NCBI GenBank assembly: GCA_000934665.2
Contig: JYFJ02003514.1
Span: 1-40,890, forward strand
DNA length: 40,890 nucleotides
Origin: Catajapyx aquilonaris
Lineage: Eukaryota
Direction: 5' to 3'
The notes beneath the pieces are model-generated. The model saw nothing but the letters and a program-made list of their open reading frames with translations. It was not told the origin of the DNA and did not search any database. Shown here in pieces: positions 23,577-35,678 of the stretch (position 1 is its first letter; each line of letters opens with the position of its first letter). Both the position numbers and the translations under genes were made by a program.

Positions 23577-25102
23577 AGCTCCAATTTAGCGAAATCAGGC
23601 CCTTTCAACGAGCGACCGACAGTTTCTGGAGCCAAATCACTCTCTAGGGGGTCTCCTTCCGCGCAAATGAACTCGACAAACAGAAAAGGGGTCAGAGGAA
23701 GAAGGTAGTCGGAGAATCAGTCATCCAACCGCACCCACCAACCTCTGCAAACATCCGTCAAGCGTGTCTTCCCTGTCACTTTTTGGGGGGGTTTGCCATC
23801 GGAGGATTCTCTCCCTCCCAAGCACGGAGGAGAAAATCCAGATAAGAAGAAGGTGGAGAAGGAGGAAGAAGGAGGTGAGAGGCGCCCCCTGGGTCAATAG
23901 GCGTCGCTTCCTTTCGCCTGGATGTTTCGCAACGATGGAGGACAAACCTGTCATTACAGAACTGGGGGGGCCCCTACACTCTCATCACTTATCCACCTGT
24001 CCGATTGGATCGTCACACTTTGAAGGTCCTCCTAATTATACCTGGAGGTCAAAGGCCGCGTTATTGTCGCCTCGGTTATGCAACACCCCGTAAATGGATT
24101 ACATGCATAAATACTGGCGCTTTTTTTTTTTACCAAGCCTATCCTTCATAACTTATCTGACAGCTCGGCGTGTCATGTGGTAAAAACCTGTCGTGCGGAG
24201 GTGTTTGGCCACTCACCTGTGAAAGAAGAGAGGAAACAGAATTAATACATATGAACAAAGTTGAAGCGCCCTTTTAAAAAAATGTAGCCCTTTTTTTTCC
24301 AGCTCCAAAAAAATTCTCCCAAATTTCCCACGCCTGGACAAACACAATGTTATCAGGGTGGAAAAAATGCTCCGACTTTCTCATGCCGGGGACACAAAAA
24401 GGGTCTAGTAATAGTGGGGGTGGAGTCCACCTCACAAGATGCCAATTTGCCCCCCAACCCCACCTTAGAAGGACCACACAAAAAAAATGTTTCGGACACA
24501 CAATATTTGCATCTCACCCAAATTACAGGGGTCATACCCCACGAAACGTATCCTTCGAACCGGGCGTAAAGGGGGCGTGCATAAGACAGGTGATGGTAAT
24601 TACCTGAAAAACGTAAAAGAAAAAAAAAACACGTCCTGTTAGCAAGACGTCAACGGAGCTGGAAAACCCGCCTCCACAATTGTGACGACTTGAGAGTAAA
24701 TGCATGTACCGCAAAGAGCCTGGAAGACAACGGCCATAAAATCAGAACAAATCTCCTGCGAGCCAAAGGGAAGACCGCAAGGTTTTCTTCAACTCTACTT
24801 TGAGCAAACTAGATCCTCAACGCATTCCTGTACGTTCTTGTGAGCTGAAGGAAAAGAAGAAGAAGAAGAAAAAAACTTCCTTCAGGTATAAAGCCAGGGT
24901 TTGGTACAGGGCCCAGAGCAAATTGCGAGGCAGTTTGGCACTGGCAATGACCCTAAGGTGTGCGATAACGACAGGGAGGAGGCCTAGCCGTGTGTATACC
25001 CGAGGTGCAATCTTCAAGGTGAGCCACAAGGCACACCAAGGACGTGTCTCTTGCACACACACACACACCGGTGTTTTAGGGACGGGAGATTTAGTGGCCA
25101 CC

Positions 25103-25348
25103 ATTTTGAGTCACACGATTCTGCTTCCTGGAGGCCGCCATTTGGTTTCTCAAGAAGAGGCTGGTCTAACCCGGCGCCATTTTGGTTAGGAAGGTACTTG
25201 GTTGTCTTACTTTATTCATGGTGAAATAAAGATTTAGACATCCGGAAGTATCTTCCTAACCAAAATGGCACCGGGTTATTATACCAGCCCTCTTCCTGTG
25301 GAATCAAAATGGCGGCCTCTAGGAAGCAGAATGGTGCGACTCGAAAAT
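25103..25348. mobile_element. Near-complete 246-bp palindromic element (MITE/foldback-like)
   Basis: Left arm TTTTGAGTCACACGATTCTGCTTCCTGGAGGCCGCCATTTGG...AACCCGGCGCCATTTTGGTTAGGAAG matches the reverse complement of the right arm over about 95 bp. Pairing continues inward (TGTCT/AGACA, CTTTATT/AATAAAG) to a loop near 25220. No clear target-site duplication (TSD). Confidence 0.88.
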
Positions 25349-27442
25349 TATTTATGGCTTATTCATACAATATAACAATATATTGCAGTGTATAAATAAG
25401 TAAATAAATTAGGCATAAAAATAATGATAAGTATTAACTTCAATGGGTGAAAGAATATGAATAAAATGGCAAATAAATTTTCAAGTAAAATAAAATTAAA
25501 ATAAGTAAAATTCTGGATAAATAATTATATTACGGGTTCATTCCCCCCCCCCCCTCCTTTTCATTAGAAAATGAAAAATGCATTATGGTTCACTTTGGCG
25601 TACAGTAGGCTATAATAATACGCCAGGTTAGGTTAGGAGGGTCAGCTAATACTGTCTAAAATTAGGTTGGGTGGTCTCTCTGGTGGCGGCCATTTTGGGT
25701 CCTGAATGTGCACCATTTTGACTCCGAATATGCACATGTAGTGACACATTGGACCACGCCCAAATTCCAGGTGGACCTTGCAACACGAATAATGACACCG
25801 AGAAAGGGGGGGGGGGGGGGGGTTGTAGTTGGTGCGAGCATGAAAAGGGGGGAAGAATCCAGCTCTCCTCTCCTCGGCCCCTCCCCCAGCCATAAAACAC
25901 GCGGATATAATGACATATCGCATTGTCAGCATCTGTGCCCTGTTTAGTCCCCCTGCACGCACATTAGCCGCCCCTCTCGCAGTCCTAACTTTCCGTTTTT
26001 ATTATGCCGCCGGGATTTGCCCGATTTATGCGCGACGCAGCCAGCCTGACACGCTTTCTCTAATTTTTTGGTAGGGTCCGGGTATACTACGTGTACGGCA
26101 CGTCCGCCGTATACCTTGGCTCATAATAAACGCAATCAATCACCTGCATACCGATCTGTTACTTCCCAAGAGGTCCTTCCTCCTCCCCAACGCTCGGCAA
26201 CTTCAGAGGGGTCCTGGAAGGGGCTCTGAATCAGCATTTTTAACCCTCCTTTCAAACCACAGGGGGGTAAGGTAGAGGATCTTTTTACCTCCTCCCCCCC
26301 TTGCACCAACCTTTCAAAAGCCCGTGACGGTTCCACCACAATAATTGACAACCTTTCAAACCCAGGGTTGCCACATTGTTGCCCCCCGGAAACATCCAAA
26401 TATCGCCCCGGAACCAACACACTTCCAGCCCCACGTTGGGCGCCAGTTATTACGCTGGTGGCGACACTAATGGAAATACGCTGGAAAGTACAGGATACTT
26501 GTGGTGTATTTCTACTCTTGCAGATACCTTACCATGGTAGGTACGTCCTGAGTGTATAACCAGAGAAAAAGATACCCTGGAGACGCACACTTGGCAACGC
26601 CCCTCCTCAGAAAAGGAGAAAGACCAGTCCAGCTGGCAATTCTGTTGCAAGTGGCAGAGAAAGCCGCACGCACAAAGACCTCTCGCGGGCCATCACAAAG
26701 CCAGCTATGAAGTCGAGTGAGTTTTGTTCAAGTTCTTAAAACAGTGTATAGGTCAGACTTGGCCAGGGATTGTTGTTGCATCGGTGCAAGTTGCAACGCC
26801 TCAATTACAGAAAACACCGGTCGGCTTAATTGGGTGGGCCAGAAGCCACCACCCACATCACATCCCACATGTGAACCCTCTTATCTGCTTCTCAAGAGAG
26901 AGCATCTTGTCTAGCAGCACGCAGTAAATCTTAAGCTATCCGGCAGCCCCCCCAGGGGTAGGATCCAAAATGGCGATCTGAATCTTAGGAGGGGGGGGGG
27001 TGGCTGCAAGAAAGTGCATTGTGTGACACTGCTGCAACTACCGGTAAAGGTCACACTTTTTTTTCTTCTTTTAATGGTACAAACGATGCCAACGCCCCCC
27101 TTAGAAAATATCTCATCCCAGACAGGATTTTGCCTTTGGCATCGTGCCCTCTCTGCTTGTCCAGCATTTTACTCCCCGGTTTTTTTGTCCGGATATGTAG
27201 TGGACGGGAGCCAGAACCTGATCCCCGGAAAATGATTCCCAAACCAAGGAATGATTTCTACGTGTTGCTTGTAGCTCAGTACAAAAAAAAAAAAAAATGA
27301 AGCTTCTTACTAGCTGGTCGTTGCTTTAAAAAACTTACTTAATTTTAATGTACCATTATTGCATCATAATACCAATGAACACGTTAAACAAGTGAAAATA
27401 TTATTAGTAACAAATAAATGCGTTTTTTATTTTAAAAGTTAT

Positions 27443-27515
27443 TGCCACTCTGGGGATCGAACCCAGTCCTTCCAGTCGCCACTCACGGGCGTAACCAACT
27501 ACGCCACCATCAGGC
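27443..27515 (-). pseudogene. tRNA-like Pol III element (tRNA pseudogene or head of a tRNA-derived repeat)
   Basis: Minus strand reads GCCTGATGG-TGGCGTAGTTGGTTACGC-CCGTGAGTGGCGACTGGAAGGA-CTGGGTTCGATCCCCAG-AGTGGCA-ATAACTTTT. It has an A box, a perfect D stem (GCGT/ACGC), a perfect T arm with B box and a downstream T4. Acceptor and anticodon stems pair poorly. Confidence 0.75.
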
Positions 27516-28489
27516 GTCGTAATAAGCCGGCAGAGATGGCCTTTTCATCAACTTTGAGGCGCCTCTCCGATGCATAATTGAGACTTTCCCCCTTACCTAG
27601 CCGGCTGCTCCTGCATTCAACCATGGTCACGGAAAGCAGTAATGGAAGCTTCTTCTCCTGCCAACTGCAGCTGCTACCTTTCCCTCCATTTCACCAAATA
27701 CGCTTCTTATCAACCCCCTTCCTTGTATCTATACGGCCGACGATTCAATCTCCCTTCGAATGTAGATGAATGGTTCTGGTTTCAGACCATTCCTCAGCAT
27801 CAGTTATTTTTTGTGTGTGTCCCTCAAAAGGAAGGGTCTGGCAGTGAATTTCAATGCGCTATATGCATACACACGCATCGTGCCATTAATTTGACTGCAA
27901 GATTTAGTCCCCAGGATTGAGGAGAAAAGGTATCGTTGAAGATGCTAATTCCCCTGGCCTGGGTCCAAATCCGCCTTATTTTCCAGTCCTCTTCATGCTG
28001 ATTAGCCTAGAAGAGGCTTTGACAGGAGGACTATCGGGGAAACGACCTTGCAAGGACGGGGGGATCAAGAAAATGTTTAAGTCACACTTTTAATAGTCGG
28101 GCTAATTTGGGTTAAGAGCATAATCCGGAAGCCATTTCCCGTGCATTGACCCCCCCACGCCCTCCTGGATCCGGCCGTTTAAATTCAAATCAGCAAGTTC
28201 ATACTTTACAAGCAGAAACTCTCGTAACGCTCAGGTATTACGTTAATTTTTAATTAGGCATTAATAATTCCGAAGTCGGACTCGGATTTAACGGGTAACG
28301 ATCCGTGGCAGGCAGTTGGTGCATCGAATTCTCTCAGCAAATCCAAGGGCATCATATCGAACTTATAAGGGTAAAAGACTAGTAATTAACCCAGATATGC
28401 TAGATTTTGGTGTTAGTTCATTTAATTTAAATATGTTTTAAAATTAATCATCAGGCATATCTGTGTTATGAAATCCACAATATAAATTG

Positions 28490-28550
28490 AACTGTTGGGG
28501 ATCGAACCCAGGTCCTCAGTGATTATCAGACAAATGGTAGTAACACACAG
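28490..28550 (-). repeat. Degenerate second tRNA-like fragment (B box/T arm)
   Basis: TGGGGATCGAACCCAG at 28496-28511 is identical to 27451-27466, in the same orientation and with a similar AT-rich left flank. The A box is degraded. Confidence 0.55.
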
Positions 28551-31505
28551 CAAATATTCGTCAGACCATAATATGAATCTATGAATTAATAGTAATGATG
28601 ACAAAAGACAAGGACTCTCGTACGAACTAGACAAAAACCGTCCACGGTAGCAATCACCGGTTTCTTTTCTCATTACCGGCCCTTCACTTTGGACCGTTTT
28701 CAAGATGAGGAGAGGTGAGATAGAATCTGCTTCATCAGAAACCGATCAAAACATCTAACAAAGGTCGGGTTTTGTTGTGGCCCGCTTGTTCTCACCTTTA
28801 TGATTTCTTTTCTTTTCCACCTTGAGGTCCTCGACCGTCTTCTCCTTTTGTACGGCCCGTGAAACTTTTGCCGGCACAGAAACAAAAGTATGGGCCTTGA
28901 ACTCCCTGGGCCCTGGAGCTTTAATTAATTTCTCCTCACCCGTCAATCAGCCGCAATAATACCAAGGACGGGCTTTCGTTTTTAGGAGCCTTGCATTTCC
29001 TCCCTCGGATCATTATCCGGACAGGCGTTCAAGTCTCTCCGGGATGTGGGTAGATGGCGTTGGCGAACGGGTCCAAAGCGCGCCAATTTCAAATTCAAAA
29101 CTAGGCTGGGATGGCAAAGTTACTATATAGGGGTATGATTCAAGCCAGCAGTTTTCTTAAATTTAATTAACAGGCCCTTTAAATTTTTTTCACATCATGT
29201 ATTGAATAGTTTTAAATAGCATTTCATGTGATTAAATCCATCCTTCAGTACAGCTGTTTGAAAGCCTCAATTTTACATCAACAACCACTAACCAACACAT
29301 CCATCAAAAATTGACAGATTCAAAATTTATTTTCAAAATATCGATCAAAAAAATCTCTCCGCCCCTTCCCCCACCAAAAAAAAACTGCATTAAATCCGAG
29401 AAGAAAAACAAACGGGCTTAGAAGCAAAGTCAACAATTGCGCCAAGGATTTACGATCCATAATCATAAGCGACGTCTCTTGCAGCGTCTTTGGTATGCAA
29501 ATCCACACAATGGTATGGTAAGTGTTATCGACGGAAGTTTTTTTTTTTTATCCCTTTTCCTTCTTCAGAGAGTCAATGAAAGGTTATGGACTGCCTAGAA
29601 TTTGCATCCGTCCCAAAAAAAAAACCGCTCCAGAGATATCATCGACTCCAGCAGCTTTCAATATCAGGTAAAGGCCGTTATCTACACTCCCTTTATTGAA
29701 AATATCGGGTTTTGCATGCTTGACAAAAGACGGAAGAAATTAGCAAAAGACTCATTTGCATCAATGACATCAGATTAATACAAATCCTAACGGAAATCAA
29801 TGCTCCAGACATTAAATACACCGTAAATGTACCATCCTCCGGATAATATCCGGATGCCTGTGCCAAAAAATTTTGCGACCCAATCTCAGTCGTAATAAAG
29901 TCTAGTCGTAACATCATTCCGAAACTGCCATGGTTGCCAAATGTCCTGGCCATTACCTGGACCCTTCCACACACAAAAAAAGAGGAGATGACCAGGTCCG
30001 TATTTACATTTAATATTTTGTACCGTTTGGGAACAGGCAAAGATGGCGATAAAAGAGAGGATAACGACTCCTTCACACCCGGCTCTTGGAGGCACCGTAT
30101 GGTACACCCACTCGAAGGTGCTATGATCCGGAAGCCTCCGGAGGGCATCGCAACTTGTACTGTCTTTTCTGCCCTACGCCAGAAGGTTGACTAATTGCGA
30201 GTTCCAGAAGGGCGGGAATGGACCAACCCTCTTTGTATCCCAGAGCAAAAAGGTGTTCATATATATGTGTATATAAAAAAAGAAAGGTTTTCGTGTATAT
30301 AAAAATGAGTATGGGTGGAGTTGGGGTAAGGTAGCAACGCCTACGAAATCTAGGAGGCGAGATGATAAAGCCAGTGGGTCATTAAGCATCGGCAGCCATT
30401 TTCGCCACTCGCAATATCGTCGATTTATGCGATTCAATTATCGTTAACCAAATGGTCGAATCGTCTTAAATCCACTTGTTTATTTACCTATCTATTTACC
30501 TCGTGTGTATTAATTTATTATTTGCTATTAGCAGGTGCAATTGTTTGTGTTACAAATTAAGGCAAACCTCTGATTATTATGTACAGGTAATTAAAGATTT
30601 TCTGTTTAACGTGAGTGTGCCTGACAGCTTGATTAACCCAAAAAAATCAATCGCGGCCTATTAGCAACCTATATCGGAAAATACACATAGGTACTCATTA
30701 CATCACAAGCAACAACAACATGAACAGAAAAAGGGGGAACGAGTTAGAAACCTGTTTTAAGCCGAACTGGGGGAGTACACCGCCACGTCACTTTGGCTAG
30801 AAGTTATTGGTGCAAGTATTTATTGGACCAGGAATTAATTGTATCGGGAATTAATTCACTAGAGGACGACAAGAATGCGGTTCTAATGAGCGAAACTGGT
30901 CACGAGGAAAGAGAAGTTAAAAAGCGCAGGGTGGCAAAAGTATCTGGACTTTTCTCGCGCCGTCTACACACACATGGGCAAGCAAGGCCATATGGGGCTA
31001 TGTTTTTGAAAAAGCCCATGGGGCATATTGGGCGATGGCATCTTTCCGTTGGCACCCCTGCCTTCCCCTGGTAATAACTTTGTCCAATTACGCAGGGCAT
31101 TTACAAGTCTCTAGGGGGGTTTCAATGGGGGGAGACTGGAGCCCAGTTCACACTCAGCAGGGTGGACACCTTTGGGCAACATTCGCATTGCTGCCTGGGA
31201 CGTCGCAGAAAATGCCCAGAAACACTCAAAGTTGCAATATTTAAAAATATATATTTTCACTATTTTAATTTATATGTTTCATTGGAACAGTACTGACGTC
31301 ACAGTGCGATGCTAGTACATATTTCTAAAAACCGAATGAATCATCCGCCACCTGCGCCATTGTTGCCATATCTCTCCTGGCCATCTCCTCGAAATATTTT
31401 TTTTTTCTTCCAAAAACGGTATGCCACGCATATTTTTGAGTAGGATGAGAGTCTGGGCCCTCCCTGGTCCGAAACCCCTGGCCCGTCCTTTTTTTCCCCC
31501 TATGA

Positions 31506-31530
31506 GGGAGGGTATGAGGAGGGGAGGGGA
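31506..31530 (+). other. Purine-rich tract with G-quadruplex potential
   Basis: GGGAGGGTATGAGGAGGGGAGGG, with one long loop. Confidence 0.35.
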
Positions 31531-32702
31531 TGGAGGAGGCGGAGTCGTTCTCTCCTCTATGATTAGGGGTGCCCGTAGCGGCGGCGTTTTCCCACCGCCA
31601 AGAGGACTCCGTGCGGGACCATGACCCTCGCTTCGAATTCACCCCACCACCCCTCCCCTTATACCCAACCATCGTAGGCGGAGCCCATCCTTGGCAGCAA
31701 AGGTATCCTATTCCACATACACCAATGTGGCACCAAAAATCCTAAAGGTTTTTTCCTTTGCCAACCCAGTTCCCAATTAAGAGTAGCCAAAAGGTGAAGG
31801 GCAGTAAATCTAACCGAAAAAAAAGTGATCCGGGCCATTCTCAGCATGGCCACCCGAAAAAAGGTGGCAGCGGAATTTTTAATTAGCTCGCACTGGATTG
31901 TTGGGATGCCATAGGCTGGTTGGGAAAAATAACCACGGACATGGGACGACAGCCAGCGGATTAGATATGGCGCCTAAGAGTAGCCAAACTCTGCTCAAAA
32001 ATTCAGCTTCTGTTGACAAAAACAAGAGCTTTCAGAAATTGATCATTTTCCGGCCCCCATTTTTCCATTACGCACTTTATACGCAGGAAAATTGTATCCG
32101 GAGGGTTCCGATTATCGATTTGTTTTTGTTCTCAGGGGTTCTAATTACAGAAGAGTCTGGTCCTAGGGACTTCTATAGGGGGAACTGGAAGAAGGTTCCA
32201 TTGGGAAATGGGAGGCTGGAGCTACAAATTTTCCACCTCGAGTGTTGCTAATGATGTCGGAAATGTAGTTGTCACCGATGCAAATAAGATACGTGTTGGC
32301 CAAGGTGACAAAATCAGCTGTGAATCAATAATGGTGTGGACATCTAGCCTAATAACCTTCAGCCTAAAAATTGTACTCAACGATCCGGATTTTTGGACAA
32401 AAAAAAACCCCAGGTCCGTACATTTGCCTAAAAATAGCGAAACTGCGGCCTAGAATGAGTTCAGAAAGAGCTGAAACCAAGACTTTCCTCGGACCGGAGA
32501 AAACGAGGTCCCCATATTCCAAGCCCTTATCAACATTGTCCTTTTATGGCTGCCATAAAGCTGTCGTTGCCTTGTGTTATCTTCAGAAATATCATGGGCA
32601 TAGTGCTTACTAATAGACTTAATCCAAGTTTACGAGATCTGGAGAGGGAGACTCCTTCAGAAATGTCTGAATTCGTGTCATATACGGTACGAATATGTCG
32701 TC

Positions 32703-32747
32703 TCTGCACAGGGTGAGTCACAAATGTTCTGACTCACCCTGTGCAGA
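32703..32747. mobile_element. Perfect 18-bp-stem hairpin built on a mariner/Tc1-like terminus (collapsed mini-element)
   Basis: TCTGCACAGGGTGAGTCA-caaatgttc-TGACTCACCCTGTGCAGA. The 15-mer TTCTGACTCACCCTG recurs at 39856-39870. Confidence 0.7.
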
Positions 32748-33371
32748 CCGTAAACATTCTAGAGTATTTTTACTAGCAAACTCGATTACTACGTGGATGC
32801 GTAAGCATTATGCAAAGTGCTCGTTCAACTCGGCATTAGCATTAATGAATGCGGGAATTAAAACGAAACCATCATAGACGTGATAATGCGTGGCTCCAAT
32901 CGGGTGGCTGCCAGACGCACCTGGTACTACGAGTGTCCTGAAATATTACCAGCTTTCACATATAAACCGCTGGCTTTAATAAACCGTGTCCACTTTCCGT
33001 CTTATTGCTTTCCAAACTTTCTGAATGCAATGTTCCTTGAAAAATTAAAAGCCCCGAGAAGACGCCAGCTTTATAGTCTGTTTGCAGGTGTAATAACAAT
33101 AATAGTAAGGGGGGGGGGTCTAGCGACGGTAACGGGTTAATCGTAAAAGCCGCAATATAAGGGCCTCCCATTTGCAGCCAGGCCTCCCCCACGACTATCT
33201 GAGAAAACCGCTCATCCTTATCTCATTGGATTAGCGGATGTAGCATACTTTTGACTCCTCCGGGCCCTGGAGGCATAACCTGCGATGCGCCTCATTTGTT
33301 TGCAACTTGTACGCCCGAGAGAGCACGGATGGGGGGCATTTCTGCTAGTTTTAAGAGTCCATCATGCCACA

Positions 33372-33541
33372 AGTTCAGCCGCGTCCCACCAGGGAATGGC
33401 TACTTCATCCGCGTCCCACCAGGGAATGGCTACTTCATCCGCGTCCCACCAGGGAATGGCTAGTTCATCCGCGTCCCACCAGGGAATGGCTAGTTCAGCC
33501 GCGTCCCACCAGGGTACTAGTTCTGACGCTTCCCGCTAGAG
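33372..33541. repeat. 30-bp minisatellite: 4 full copies, 1 partial copy and 1 degenerate copy
   Basis: Unit A(G/C)TTCA(G/T)CCGCGTCCCACCAGGGAATGGCT starting at 33372, 33402, 33432 and 33462. Partial copy at 33492-33514; diverged copy at 33519-33541. Confidence 0.97.
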
Positions 33542-35678
33542 CACCGACTAATACAACTAATATAGTTGATCTTTTACAGATTGTACTTCAGAAGTCGCAC
33601 TTCAGTCCCTACACTTGGCGCCAATCAGGACATGGAAATCCGACAAGGGAACAAAAGAAGCTGGAGGGGTACGACAAAGGGTATGAGGTGAAGGAGGCTC
33701 TATCATCTGTTTTGGGCCCCGGAGGCGGACCCAGGGATACAAGAGGTGACCCCCCGCCGGACAAACTATGGGGGGAGAAAAATCGTGAGGCCAGACGCCG
33801 AGGGAGGGGGTTGACCATGCATTTTCTTCTTTCCTGAATGGCCCTTGCGTGTATGTACACTCCATTCCAGCTGGCAGGGGAGTAACCACTCGTATAAGTA
33901 GCTGCTGACATGCCCGTTCCTGTTTGCTTCCACGCACATTTTTATCACAATTTTTGCGTACGATTGTTATATATTTTTTAACACATACACCCCTCGACCC
34001 CAGCGTCACTTGAACATCATCATTTTCAAGGCGACAAAGGGACCAGGGGCATGAGGATTCCTATGCTTGACAGCAGCAGCACTTTTGACCATTCTGAAAC
34101 CCGCAGCTGCCTGCCATCCCAAAGGGTCCTCGAGGGTTCAAGAAAAAGGAAACCGGGTCTTGAGGTAAGGGAAAAGAGGGACGTTGTATTGTTCGGTTGT
34201 TAGAACGATAGTCAGTGCGATTCAAAGGAGCCAGCCCAGCATTAAAACCCACTTGAGGTGTGTAATCTGATGTGTATGGAGGAGGGAATCCCATGCCTGC
34301 TGTGTACACAAGACACGCATGTTGTGCCAGGCTGCTGCTTGATGCCACCTGACCATGGATAATTAACCGTATGCTTCACCCTTCATTTCTTCGGGTTTTG
34401 ACATGCTCATGCTAATTTCTGAGAGGGGGTGACGCACGGGGCCAAAAATGTGCCAACTTTCATTTGGAAGGGGGCATGGGTCGCTCCATTAGGTCAACGG
34501 CAGACTCGGTATGACAACACTAATGCGGAAACTATTCAGAGCTGAGTATGGAAATTGAGCCCCTTTTTGGACGGTATCCATCATCTGTGTGGGTATAATC
34601 CGGGCAAATCGATACCACAGACGGTATAACTTGAACGCTCCGGTTAAATTCGCCTAAACACAAATAGAGCGTGCTACAATTGGCTAGTCATTTTTTTGCA
34701 CCGATCAGGCCAGTGAACGCATTTAAAAATCGAAAATTTTTGTTTAACCTTTGACCTCGGGCCAGTTTTGTCCACATATTGCAATTTTATTGTCCCTAAC
34801 ATTACCTCAAAAGGTTCGAAGATAAGTGAATTCCGTCTAAAGGTTTTCTACCCAGATAACTCCAAGCCCTCGATTCGAAAAGTATTATTTGGCGACTTGT
34901 CCCGATAAACTGTCCACAATAACCATTCCCCGTGCTCTTTTTTTTCTTCTTCTTCTCCTCCCCATTGCACCCTGCACCACTCTCTCCTAATCGACAACCG
35001 TCCAGGTTTTCGACGAGGAGATTTACTCAACAGACCACGAAGGCTTCTCCCGCAAGATAAGAAAAGAGGATGATGGTCACGATTGGCTGCCTCCTCTCTA
35101 GAGAGAGAAGAGAAGGAACAAACGGGCGTCTCTTCAGGTCTTAGCTCGCACTATCAGGCGGCTCGGGGACATAGTCCGGGACAGGCGATATTGCTCTTTC
35201 TCTCAGAGTCCAACATCTCTCGGAGAGAAATGCCGAGCATTTTTCCTGGCGAAAACTATTCCGAACATTCGCGGTGCTGGGTTGGTCTCGCCACCGCCCC
35301 CCCCCCCCCCCCCANCCCCCCCCCCCCCAAAAAAAAAAACTCCCAAAAAATATAGGAGATCGATATCGGGCCGGTTTTACGACCGGAACCGAATCCTACA
35401 TATTCCAATTTGTCTCTTTGCAAGTGGGGGCTGTGGCCATTAATTCCTACCCAAAAACTCATTCCCACTTACATACCTTTTACAAAACAGGGATAGGGTC
35501 GGGCCCCCCCTTACATGATTAATCTGATAAGCCTGTGGAAAACCAGTCCGTTTTCAAACGAGCTCTATTTTTACTAACACCTGCCTGCTACCCCCATTGA
35601 CGGTTCCATGATTGCTTTCACAAATTTTAACCCCCTCAGATTTTAAATGTTCCTACAGGAGGCTTTCACCTGGAAACA

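Noticed and set aside
25626..25638. TTAGG as an interstitial telomere
   Set aside because: Only about two units; more likely part of a repeat element.
26363..26644. Complete hAT MITE bounded by CAGGGTTGCCA and TGGCAATTCTG
   Set aside because: The TIR match is only 9/11 and the 8-bp flanks (TTCAAACC versus TTGCAAGT) are not a duplication.
27443..27515. Functional canonical tRNA
   Set aside because: The acceptor and anticodon stems do not form standard 7-bp and 5-bp helices, and no anticodon can be assigned confidently.
33372..33541. 30-bp repeat as a CRISPR array or repeat protein
   Set aside because: Units are head-to-tail with no unique spacers and there are no cas-like ORFs. The open frames simply follow from a stop-free unit whose length is divisible by 3.
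35297..35340. Poly-Pro/poly-Gly ORFs and a G4 at the poly-C run
   Set aside because: This is a homopolymer containing an N, so its length and sequence are unreliable. The same applies to the run beside the 15420 gap.
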